From: Craspedostauros australis | Taxonomy: Eukaryota | Direction: 5' to 3' | NCBI GenBank assembly: GCA_030167865.1 | Contig: JALAGF010004432.1 | Coordinates: 1-46,468, forward strand | Length of the DNA: 46,468 nt | Shown here: positions 33,149 to 43,179 of the stretch, one piece after another | How positions within the stretch are numbered: the first letter of the stretch is position 1 | Layout of the letters: each line of letters begins with the position of its first letter | Position numbers and translations under genes: made by a program | The notes under the pieces: generated by a model | What the model saw: only the letters and a program-made list of their open reading frames with translations | What the model was told of the DNA's origin: nothing | The model's database searches: none

Positions 33149-34456
33149 TCTCTTTGCTAGTTGAGGATGCGCTTCTTCTCCTGCGATGCAATGCAATGCG
33201 CTCGTTGATGGTGTTGCTACTGCGAGCTGTTATAGAATATGTACGACTATGTATACTAGAATATCACTCTGGAACACTTGTCTTCGTTGTTGCAATGGCC
33301 GGCTGATGATTGAGCACTTGTGAGCTCAACAACAGACTTCTGAGGCGCTCTTCATCCATCTCTCCATTTCTGCGACCATTCCTCTTTTGCGTTTCTGGAA
33401 ACAGTTCGGGACTGCGACAATAATCGTGACTGAAACATAGTATTGAACGAAGCTAGAGGGATACACAGCGGGGCGAAACGAGATTTTGGAAAACATCCTT
33501 GAATCACAACAGAGCCACATCCACCACACACAAAGAGACGGTGATGGAGATAATAGCCACACAAGCAATTTTCGGCATGCATGTGATGGCCAGTTTCAAG
33601 CAGAGTGGCCAACAGAGAAGGAACATGGGGACTGTTGAAGAATAGGAGCCACCATACCTGTCCACGCTTGTGTAGCATGATGCAGAGTCGCATCGCGCGC
33701 TGCATACTATTATAGAATATATAATGCTATACCAGCCACTGTTCCACTCGCCCAATACCAGACACGAACATCGTTTGGCGACCAGAGAAGAAGCACCGTG
33801 TCATGGACAATCACGCACGCAGGCTAGGATGGAGGAAATGTGATAGAACTCAAGAAATGGATGCTCGGCTCATTCCGTGCACGGCACCATGCGAATGGGT
33901 TTGTGTGTGCTCCGCGCGTACTCCAACGAGCATTCCCCCTCGTCTCGCACAAGCACGAGCTACGGATGAAAAGAGAGGGATGCTGGTCTTCCTTGTCCTG
34001 GTGGATTGGGTTTCGCGTTGTGTGTCTGAAATGGGCTTTTCCCATTCTTGGTTGGGAAAAGCGAGTGTCGGAAGCTCTCGCACCCTGTCAAAACATGACC
34101 GGCCAAACTGGGCATCGGAACACTCGTAGTCGTCCAGCATAACTGCAACTTTCTCCCGCGACCGGTTGATGGAGCAGTCGATTGAAGGAACTCACCGGGT
34201 CGACGGAAGCTTGAAGCGAGAGCATTTTGCGCCCAATTTCCGAAGGCGGGGCGAGTGGCTCAGCGAGATGTGTTGACATCGACAGATTGCTCTGCACAAC
34301 GATGCTTACCGCATGAGCTTTCACCTTCGCAATCCCTCACAATTTCAGTCCGAGGGCAAACAGATTCACAAATCAGCCAATTCAACAAGATCAAAGCAAA
34401 CGCAATACCCATACCACATCTGCAGCTACCTGTCCGTATCGACAGCATATCCCAAC

Positions 34457-37400
34457 ATGAGTACCCAATCACCTCCTTCTAATATCAACCCCGCCATCGT
34501 TGTTGATGACATCGAAGCTGGCACCGCCAACGTCATCACCACTGAGCATGAAATCATCCACAAGTCTCTCACAAACAAATCCTTCATCGACCATATCAAG
34601 TTCGTCGTCGAACGCAAGTCCAGCCTCGTCTTCTCCACTTGGTACAGCGACAAGGGAAAGGCAATCGACAACTACACCTTCCAACAGCTCTGGGATGAAG
34701 CGGGACACTGTGCCCACCTCCTTCGCAACAAATGGAGCGTCAGCAAAGGTGACCGCGTCGTCCTCTGCTACGACTTCGGTCTGCACTTCTTCGCCATGTT
34801 CCTGGGGTGTCTACGTGCAGGAGTCACAGCCGTGTTGGTCTACCCTCCCGGACCGCCGCTCGTCAAGTCGCTCACCAAGATGAACAAGGTGATCGAAGAT
34901 TGTGCTCCGGCACTCATCCTCACTCAGACATCCATCAACCTGCTCCGTGCCGCCGATCGCGCCAACCCGACATCCAAGAGCCGCGCCATGTGGCCGAGCG
35001 GGGTGAAGTACCAAGTCACCGATCGTATCATCCGTCACGATCCGTTCATCACCAACAAAAACAAGAGCGACAGCAACAGCAACAACTCCAAGCAGGCAAA
35101 GAATGGTATCCTTTCCTGCTTCGTCTCTGGCCGCTCCTCGTCGCCGCCACCTTCCTTCGATGAACCAAACATCGCAGGATCGGATCTGGCGTTCCTCCAG
35201 TACACATCTGGAAGTACCGGTAACCCAAAGGGCGTCATGGTGACCCACGAAGCACTGCGGGCCAACGTTGAGCTCGTGCAAAGCTATTGGCTCGCATGCT
35301 GCGGCAAGGGCGCAGGCGAGAAGAAGACAACGCCGGAGCGATTCGTAACATGTTCTTGGTTGCCGCAGTACCATGATATGGGCCTTATCCAAATGGCCGT
35401 CACGCCATTGGCAGGCGCCTTCCGTGTCCACATGACATCACCAGTCTCATTCATCCGCAACCCGTTGCTTTGGATTGACCTCATGTCACAACACAAGTGC
35501 CACATCGGTGCTGCTCCCGACTTCGCATATCGGTTGGTCACCCGCAAGTTCAACGAGGCCAAGGCAAATCTTACTCACAAGCTGGACCTCTCCAGCGCAC
35601 TTCATTTCCAGAATGCCGCAGAGCCAATCCGGCTGGACACGGAGAAAGGATTCGCCGATGCATTTGGTCCACATGGTCTACGCAAGGACTGGTTCCTTGC
35701 AGCATACGGACTGGCAGAGAACGTCGTTGGTGCCAGCTACAATCACGGCTCCCATCTTTCCACCATCCGCGAAGGTGAAGATCTCCAACCATTCATCGCC
35801 GTCGCGCATCGCAGCAATCTGCACACCTCCATTGATATCATCATCGTGGACCCAGATACCCGAGTGCAACGTCCCGACAACGTCACAGGAGAGATCTGGA
35901 TCGCCGGGGCCTCTGTGACTGCTGGGTACTACAATCAGCCACAGCTCACCGCCGAAACCTTCCAAGCTACACTCCAAGGCGATTCATCATCCGATGTTGA
36001 CGGCAAGATGTACTTGCGGACAGGAGACTACGGATTCTACCAAGATGATCACCTCTTCATTTGTGGACGCAAGAAGGACATCATCATCGTTAACGGTGTC
36101 AACTACTACCCGCAAGATATCGAGCACGCCGTTGAAGAGGCATCATCTGCCGTCCGTCCAGGATGCGTCGCGGCTTTCTCGTCCGATGAAACGGGCAACG
36201 ACGGACAGCTCGAGATCGTCTTTGAGATCCGGGCCAATCGTGCTGACGATGCAGCAACAGTCTGTCAGGAGATCAGAAAGGCCGTGATCGAACACATTGG
36301 ATTGACGCCAGCAACAATCGCAGCTGTGGAAGAACGCACCATCTCCAAAACAACAAGCGGCAAGATCCAGAGACGTCATAACCGACAGCGCTTGCATGAT
36401 GGAGACCAGAAGATGGTGCTGGACGCGATTGGAAAGTCACACTTCTTCAGTACACAGGATGGCGACATTGCAAGCCAGCCCAAGCGCCTCTCGTTGAGGA
36501 AATCCGTCATCGAAGATGTCGACATCAGAGACATGGACTTTTACGAGCTTGTGAAGAGCTGCATTGGATCAGACGTCAAGGCCAAAGACACGTGGAAGGA
36601 CGTTGGGCTGTCATCCATGATGGAGCTTGAGCTGCGACAGTCCCTTGCTCAACGATACAACACATCCCTCCCTTCCGATTGCTTCGAGCTGTTCCCGACA
36701 GTCGTAGACTTGGAAGTCTTCCTGGAGGCATCTACTGGGCAGGCACTGCCAACCAGCCTTCCAAAACTCAAGAGACTTGTCACCTTTCCAGATGAGAAAC
36801 CGCTCGCACCGCTCACATCCGCCACCATTCAGTTCATCGGTGTGCTCGTCATCCTCTTCATGTTCGCACTTCCCATCGTGCCCGCCTACGAGATTGGGAA
36901 GGTGCTGGTCAACGACGATCGCGCCTACGAGCTCTTCTTCATTGACCTCTCTCCATACGTGTGGGTGTGGTATCCACTGGTCGTCCCGTTCTGGGCCATC
37001 ACATTCACCATCGAAGTCGTTCTCGCAAAGTGGATCGTCATTGGCAGATACAGAGAGGGGTACATCAGTCAGACCGACATTTACTTTCTTCGATGGTGGT
37101 TCGTGGATCGGCTTGTGCACATCTGGGAGAGCTTCCTTGGACGCTTCATTATGGGCACCCCATTGTTGGCGTTCTTCGATTACTTGATGGGAGCGAATGT
37201 GCATGCATCATCGAGCATCGATGAATTCATCCGTGAGTTCGATCTCGTGGATATCGGTCCTGATGCCACGGTGAGCGAGGGTATCCGGTGTCGCATGTTC
37301 GGTCCGTGCAAAGACGGCTGCCAAGGCCCCACCTTGAGATTCCGCACGATCCAAGTTGGAGCAAGTNCAGACATCAAGGGCATTCTTTGTCCTGGAGTCA

Positions 37401-39013
37401 AGGTTGGGTCCAACTGCCAAGTCTCTCNCACGTCTGTGCTGGTGGAAGGAGCACAAGCACCGCCCAACACTACCATCCGCGGCAATCCGGGTTTCATCCA
37501 TTCCACACGCACACATGGAGCCACAGACGCAGACGCTGGCAGTAGCAATGACAGTCTGGAGATGACGACAAGCGAAACTCGCCCCACCACACATTCCACC
37601 GCGGGTAATCGCAGATGGATCATATTGGGTGCGATGAAAATGCTGTGGTTGCTGGTGGAACTTTACTTCGCTTTCGCCTGCTTTCTGGTGGTCGATATCC
37701 TGGTCCGGGATGAGTTGCCAGACTGGAGGTACGCGAGGCTGCTCTATTGGATTACTTCCATTGGCCTAACTTCCACATTCTTCATCGTTTCCAGCATCAT
37801 GCTCAAGTGGGTGATAATCGGCAAAAAACGGCCAGGCCCTGCATGTCAGAGTGTGCCATCGGAACTTGCCAGTTGGGCATGTGACTTCCACTACAGCATC
37901 GGAGGCGCTGTGCTATATGGATTGACATTTCACTCCTCGATTTGGAATGTCATCCTCTTGGCATTCGGGATGGACATTGATCTCCGATCGCATGTCGCAG
38001 CACATGCTTTCCTTCCATCCCAGTTGGACCTCATCTCAGTCAAACGATCCTTCGTGTCCAAATCTACCTTCGACATCAAACAGGATGGCCAATACAAAGC
38101 CATCAAGGTTGAAGACAGCAGCATCGGGTTGAACGTGGTCTGCGGCCCAGGAGTGACAGTCAGTAAATCCTTGGTGTCTCCAGCCACGCACGTCGCCACC
38201 AACCTGGTCAACGATCGACACCACCCAAGAAATGAACTTGTCACAGGTTGGGAGTTGGGACGGATCATCCTCCTGAACACGATCCTGCACATCATCATGC
38301 TGGTCATGGTCGCTGCCAGCTTCATTCCAGCATTCGAGCTGTGGATGAATCTCATCAAGCCACAGACGCCGTTGGGTGCGGTGCCGGTTGTTGTGGCGTG
38401 CGTCATCATCCAGACCATTGTTTGGCTCATCCTGTTGCGAGCAGTTGAGCTAGTCACGCTCGCGGGAAGTGGCAGCCGCACCGAACTATGGTGCGTCCCA
38501 TTGTACATGGTCTACCAAGCCTTGTGCTACTCGGTCCAAGTCTGGTCCTTCGTGTCGCTTTTGTGGGGCACACCAATGATGAATACAGTGCTCCGACTGC
38601 AGGGTGCAGATGTACAGGGAAGATTGCTGTACTTTGGATTTCGAGTGTACGAAACTTCTCTGATGGTATTTGGTGATGGGGCTGTGGTGGACGAATCGAG
38701 CATCTCTGGCCATTACGGCATATTCTCAACGATCACTCTGGGAAAATGCTACATCGATGGCATCATGCATCAAAGATGCTTTACATTGACTCGGAGCGTA
38801 CCAACAACCCAAACTGCATGTCCAAGCACAATTGAGCACGGTCCAGGCAAGATGGTCGGCGATTTTGGACCATCATGCTTGAAGCAGCCGCAGGAGCCGC
38901 CGCAGCTATCAATCAGCGATGGATCGTGTGAAGAACTGCCGGCAACAGCGGAACAAGGATGGCGAGGTAATGCTGCGACCACGGTGAGCGATGCGCAAGC
39001 AGCTTGTGTCTGA
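34457..39013 (+). CDS. Single-module NRPS-like membrane enzyme: FAAL + carrier (ACP/T) + three TM-pair/left-handed beta-helix repeats (Pls-type terminal region), ~1518 aa
   Basis: FAAL motifs FLQYTSGSTGNPKGV, SWLPQYHDMGLI, APDFAY, AEPIR, YGLAE, GEIW, RTGD, GRKKDIII...YPQDIE, RPGCVAAF, KTTSGKIQR. Carrier motif DVGLSS. Terminal repeats KWIVIGRY..G, GTPLL...MGANV, KWVIIGK..PG, GTPMM..VLRLQGADV. The ORF is open from 34313; ATG 34457 is preferred. Two N bases (37367, 37428) do not shift the frame. Confidence 0.9.
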   Translation: MSTQSPPSNINPAIVVDDIEAGTANVITTEHEIIHKSLTNKSFIDHIKFVVERKSSLVFSTWYSDKGKAIDNYTFQQLWDEAGHCAHLLRNKWSVSKGDRVVLCYDFGLHFFAMFLGCLRAGVTAVLVYPPGPPLVKSLTKMNKVIEDCAPALILTQTSINLLRAADRANPTSKSRAMWPSGVKYQVTDRIIRHDPFITNKNKSDSNSNNSKQAKNGILSCFVSGRSSSPPPSFDEPNIAGSDLAFLQYTSGSTGNPKGVMVTHEALRANVELVQSYWLACCGKGAGEKKTTPERFVTCSWLPQYHDMGLIQMAVTPLAGAFRVHMTSPVSFIRNPLLWIDLMSQHKCHIGAAPDFAYRLVTRKFNEAKANLTHKLDLSSALHFQNAAEPIRLDTEKGFADAFGPHGLRKDWFLAAYGLAENVVGASYNHGSHLSTIREGEDLQPFIAVAHRSNLHTSIDIIIVDPDTRVQRPDNVTGEIWIAGASVTAGYYNQPQLTAETFQATLQGDSSSDVDGKMYLRTGDYGFYQDDHLFICGRKKDIIIVNGVNYYPQDIEHAVEEASSAVRPGCVAAFSSDETGNDGQLEIVFEIRANRADDAATVCQEIRKAVIEHIGLTPATIAAVEERTISKTTSGKIQRRHNRQRLHDGDQKMVLDAIGKSHFFSTQDGDIASQPKRLSLRKSVIEDVDIRDMDFYELVKSCIGSDVKAKDTWKDVGLSSMMELELRQSLAQRYNTSLPSDCFELFPTVVDLEVFLEASTGQALPTSLPKLKRLVTFPDEKPLAPLTSATIQFIGVLVILFMFALPIVPAYEIGKVLVNDDRAYELFFIDLSPYVWVWYPLVVPFWAITFTIEVVLAKWIVIGRYREGYISQTDIYFLRWWFVDRLVHIWESFLGRFIMGTPLLAFFDYLMGANVHASSSIDEFIREFDLVDIGPDATVSEGIRCRMFGPCKDGCQGPTLRFRTIQVGASXDIKGILCPGVKVGSNCQVSXTSVLVEGAQAPPNTTIRGNPGFIHSTRTHGATDADAGSSNDSLEMTTSETRPTTHSTAGNRRWIILGAMKMLWLLVELYFAFACFLVVDILVRDELPDWRYARLLYWITSIGLTSTFFIVSSIMLKWVIIGKKRPGPACQSVPSELASWACDFHYSIGGAVLYGLTFHSSIWNVILLAFGMDIDLRSHVAAHAFLPSQLDLISVKRSFVSKSTFDIKQDGQYKAIKVEDSSIGLNVVCGPGVTVSKSLVSPATHVATNLVNDRHHPRNELVTGWELGRIILLNTILHIIMLVMVAASFIPAFELWMNLIKPQTPLGAVPVVVACVIIQTIVWLILLRAVELVTLAGSGSRTELWCVPLYMVYQALCYSVQVWSFVSLLWGTPMMNTVLRLQGADVQGRLLYFGFRVYETSLMVFGDGAVVDESSISGHYGIFSTITLGKCYIDGIMHQRCFTLTRSVPTTQTACPSTIEHGPGKMVGDFGPSCLKQPQEPPQLSISDGSCEELPATAEQGWRGNAATTVSDAQAACV

Positions 39014-39894
39014 TTTCTCGATCGGAATCACGATGAGGTAAACAACTCAATGCGAAGTACTTTCTCTAGGTCATATCGTAGCTGCGACTATGTGTATCAG
39101 ACATAATTCTGCGAATCCGTTCTTTGGGGCACACCGTTGATGAGCGTTTCGTAGCGGTTCTTCGTTCTCTCCGCCGCCGATGCTGCTGTACTCTCGAGTA
39201 TCGCATTGCTGCCAGTGCGTTCATCAGTCATGGTTGCATTCATTGCAGAGGATGAAAAAATGATGACGGTTGCCGCCTGCCGACTGTGTTGGCGTTTGCC
39301 GCAGCGCAGCCTTTCGCGGTTGGCGAATCAGCCAGTACCGCCTTGCCCATCATCAATGTGGCTGTTGCTATTCGTCATCGTCGTCGCTGCCGGAAGTGGA
39401 TACATCCATCCAGCGCCACTCGCACGGTGCAAGACATGGCCCATCGCCCTCGCTGCGGCTCATCTTGGAAGAGCGGCACCGGACGCTCCAATGCGAGGAA
39501 CTGTCGCAAATCGAGTAGTTGGAAGGAGTCGGATAGCGTTCGAAGTCCTTGCTGTTGCCGCGTCGCTGAGCGATGCGTTATCGAAGGTTCTTGCCATCAC
39601 TTACGGCTTGACATTATTACTTGTCACGGTAGTCATCGTTCAATCTGTTTGGCGTACCGCATTTCGTGCAGCTGTTTGCTTGCCTCACCGCTTCATGGCT
39701 TGAACAGCGCTGTCCGTGTTGGCGACACCTCCATCAACGCAAATGTGGTCATGGCCGTTCGGTGGGAACTTCGCCGCGCCAAAGAACGCTTTTCGGCTTT
39801 GTGGCGCGCTTGATTCGTCCACCAGTCGTCCGTGATTCATTGTTCTTGAATGACGTGCTTGAATTTGTTGTGGTCGAGCAGCTGTGCAGCCATC

Positions 39895-40860
39895 CATGAT
39901 GACATGCATGAGCATGCTCACACACAAGCACCATCACCACCATCGGAACACAACTCTATTTGGCAACCGTGATGATGGTGATCCTTAATATAGCTAAACA
40001 AGTAACAACCTTAGAGAGAGAGACACTACGAACCATCTGACTCATCTGGAGTCCAGTAGATCGACTACATGCCTCATCTGCACCCACATTTGGGGACCAA
40101 TCCAGATCATTGAAGCAGATCTTTGGGACCCATGTCAAGAAAACAGAAGAGTTCCAATAACCAGGTCACTGAAACCCATCCTTGCCAAAATGCCAATACA
40201 TGGGTACAGCACCTCAGCAACACGCATCAACACCCTTTGTCTCTCATGGAACTCAATCAAGGGATCTCGACCCATGGTACTTGGGCTATGGAACCCATAC
40301 ACACAGTCACTCAGGACACCACAGGAGATCCTCCCTGCAGGGAAGAACCATAGCACTAATCTCATAATCTGCATGTTTCTTCTCCCATCATCAGTATTCT
40401 TAATGGATTACTTGTGATCCAGAACACTCACGTTTGGACCGCTTGCCAATCAAGCCTCTGCCCTACAGCTAACAACAGCCAACAAGACAACAGCCATTTC
40501 GTTTGGGCTCTATTAACCCTCCCCAATGATCAGAAATGATACCCAACATGAGGCTTCCAAAGCAATGAGACAAGACAAGCAAGTGCAGCGCCATGACAAA
40601 AAGCAAAGGACAAACACAAATACCTCTTTATCATCATACTTGCAGTCGCTCCACTCGGCATCACATCGCATCCCTTCACACCATGAACACAAGTAGTGGG
40701 ACAACATGATGAGTCATCAACGTCCAAGAATAAATGTGTGAAGGCACTCCACTTTCTCTGTGACTACACTCTGAGCATGGAACCTTCCATGAGTAGTTGC
40801 TGCAGCAAAGCATCCGCCTGATAGTCTGATTGAAATTCCGCACAATCCTAACAATTGGAG
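39895..40860. mobile_element. Probable degraded, formerly methylated repeat/transposon relic (CpG-depleted block)
   Basis: About 15 CpG counted by eye in 39961-40860 (~1 per 60 bp) versus roughly 5-6 per 60 bp in flanking lines, with CA/TG excess. No recognisable TE protein or termini. Confidence 0.45.
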
Positions 40861-41496
40861 TTGCAGGAAGAGTGCGGCATCGGACCACCGATCGCGTGCG
40901 CTGCTATTGGAAGGCACACACATCGCGCTTGTATCACGCAGAAATCGCAAACTTGACATCAAGCAGTGCAGCGACAGACTTGGAGGATCGCAGCATCCTG
41001 GACGGCGACATCAGGACGGCGACGTGGCTGAACCATTGCTGGCGATGACACACGACGCAGCGCTTCGCAGCATCCATTGTACCCACCAATCGCATCAACG
41101 GAAGCGGCGAGAACTGAGCTGACACCAACAAAGGTACCATGCATCATCGCGCAACAGCCACAAACAAAGCTGATGCCAGTGCCGATCCAAGCCGGGAATC
41201 CGGTGGGATCAAGAAGAGTCCGACGTGGCAAGTACGCTAGCGGCGTTTTGAGATGGCCGGCAGAAGAGCGAGATGATACTGCAGTAGCTACTTCTGTATA
41301 CGTACCATTGCAGTCGCGGCGGGACTTCCATCCCTTTTCTCCATTCGCTGTATCCCTTGCTCCTCTGCGCACGGAATGGTTCGATGTGCTGCAAACGAGC
41401 ATGGGGAGAGCACTTGAAGCGTAGAATAGATCATAATGGGGGATCTGACGATCGGTAGTAGTATAGATGGCATGGCATGTCAAAGAGAGTAAATTA

Positions 41497-43179
41497 TTAT
41501 CTACCGTTGCCGTTTCGTCGCTGCTTCGGCCTGTGCCTCTGCCGATCTCTTTTCGCGGAGGCGTGATAGGACATCCTCGACTCAAGCAGCGCCACCATCA
41601 TCATCCCACAGCCTTTCTCCCACGCGAAATCCAGTGCCTTATTGCCAGTCTTGTTCCGCGCATGAATATCGATATCATCCAACGTCATCAGATACTCGAC
41701 CAGCTCCAAGCAATTCTTTTTCACCGCACAGTGCAGCACTGTGTCTCCATCATTGTTCCTCATGTTCACATCCACCTTTACATGGCTCAACCCAATCAAG
41801 ATCTTCATCATTCGCAGGTGGCTTTTGTGGCAGTCACGCTCGGTACTGAAAATGCAGTGCAGAGCAGTGTTGCCATCGCTATTCTCAAGCGTTGCATCCA
41901 CCAAGTCACGCCCCACCAAAACTGCAAGAACGGCAGTACTGCTCTTCCGACTCGCACATGCAAGATGAAGAAGTGTGTTGCCCTCATGATTCTGGATGTT
42001 TGCAATTGGTCGAGCCTCTTCTATCAATCGCTTGATGATGACCGGACTTCCCACGGAGTTGTCTGGTTGTGAGAGATCGGTAAGGTTGGCGGCGGAGATG
42101 ACTTGATGTTGGATGAAATCGAAGAGGCGGGTGAGTCTGGTGATGTCATTGAGCACAACGAACAAGTCTCGGTTGAAGGCAATATGGAAGGGTGTATCAC
42201 CATCACGGTTTTGGATGTTGTGACTGCTGTTGGTCTTGAGTGACTGGAGCAGGTATTCGATGACATCTTCTTTCTGATGCTTGCATGCAACATGGAGAGG
42301 TGTGTTGCCGTCACTGTTTTGAATCTTGAGGATTTCATCGCTGTTCATGTTGCCGTTGTTGTTGGGTCGACCGACATCCATCAACAACTTCAACGAAGGT
42401 AGAATTTCACGGTGCCTGTGAGAGCAAAGAAGATGAAATGGTGTGTCGCCATCGTTGTTTTGGGTACGGATATGACTGTCTGTGTCAATTTTGTCACACT
42501 GGACCAGATACGCAATCATAGCCTCAGCATCAGAGCAGATCATGCGACAAGCTAGGTGGAGAAGTGTGTCACCGTTGTTGTTGCGGACGTTGGAATTGAT
42601 GGCAGCGCCGACATCATTCGATTCCATCTGATATCGAAGATCGCTGCTCACCCTGTGACATGCCCAATGTGGAGGCGTCTCACTTTTGGTGTTTCGGGGG
42701 TTGATATCCACGTTGTTTCGATCAGACTGCATGAAGTATTCGACGATGTCTTTGTGTCCATGATAACACGCACTTTGCATTGGAGTGTTGCCGTGGTTGT
42801 CTCGAATGTTGCCATCCACGTGGGCGTGACCCAATTCCATCAGGTACTTCACGATGTTCGTGTTTCCATTTTGACAAGCAAGATAGAGTGCTGTCCGTCC
42901 GCTGTCATCTCGGAGGTTGACGTCTACCTTGATTCGATCAGATTCCAACAAGTACGTCACAATGGCCGCGTATCCACGAACGCAAGCGACGTGGAGTGGC
43001 GATGTACTCAACCGCCGAAGCATTACAATGCCGCAAAACGTGCCCTCCTCGCATGAATTGACGATAGCCTGAACCCGTGTGAGGTCGTTTTGATGACATG
43101 CTCTGCACAGCTGCCAAAGCCATTCGTTCTTGGCTTCGTCACTGTTTCCATTTCGATTTGGGTTCCATGTGCATTTCAT
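41497..43179 (-). CDS. Ankyrin-repeat protein, ~560 aa, about a dozen repeats
   Basis: Repeated G-x-T-[PAL]-[LF]-H-x-A-C units (SPLHVAC, GRTALYLAC, GNTPMQSAC, GDTLLHLAC, GNTPLHVAC, GNTLLHLAC, GDTVLHCAV) with [ND]V[ND]xRNxxG linkers. First in-frame ATG at 43179. Confidence 0.92.
   Translation of the reverse strand: MKCTWNPNRNGNSDEAKNEWLWQLCRACHQNDLTRVQAIVNSCEEGTFCGIVMLRRLSTSPLHVACVRGYAAIVTYLLESDRIKVDVNLRDDSGRTALYLACQNGNTNIVKYLMELGHAHVDGNIRDNHGNTPMQSACYHGHKDIVEYFMQSDRNNVDINPRNTKSETPPHWACHRVSSDLRYQMESNDVGAAINSNVRNNNGDTLLHLACRMICSDAEAMIAYLVQCDKIDTDSHIRTQNNDGDTPFHLLCSHRHREILPSLKLLMDVGRPNNNGNMNSDEILKIQNSDGNTPLHVACKHQKEDVIEYLLQSLKTNSSHNIQNRDGDTPFHIAFNRDLFVVLNDITRLTRLFDFIQHQVISAANLTDLSQPDNSVGSPVIIKRLIEEARPIANIQNHEGNTLLHLACASRKSSTAVLAVLVGRDLVDATLENSDGNTALHCIFSTERDCHKSHLRMMKILIGLSHVKVDVNMRNNDGDTVLHCAVKKNCLELVEYLMTLDDIDIHARNKTGNKALDFAWEKGCGMMMVALLESRMSYHASAKRDRQRHRPKQRRNGNGR

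Noticed and set aside
32174-33191. Long overlapping ORFs (32174-33160 +, 32271-33191 -; likewise 17201-18070, 20272-21006, 23324-24109, 30476-31189, 44775-45575)
   Set aside because: These are shadow frames of genes with strong C/G third-position bias; they have no motifs of their own.
20281-39013. PhyH, LCB1, the methyltransferase, GH18 and the FAAL enzyme as one biosynthetic gene cluster
   Set aside because: LCB1, CMC2 and the methyltransferase have standard housekeeping roles in different compartments (ER, mitochondrion, plastid). Nothing in the sequence links them.
39961-39972. TGGCAACCGTGA as a decayed tRNA primer-binding site of an LTR element
   Set aside because: It resembles a TGG-initiated PBS, but there is no adjacent LTR-ending CA, no second LTR and no gag/pol motif. 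It is too short to support.
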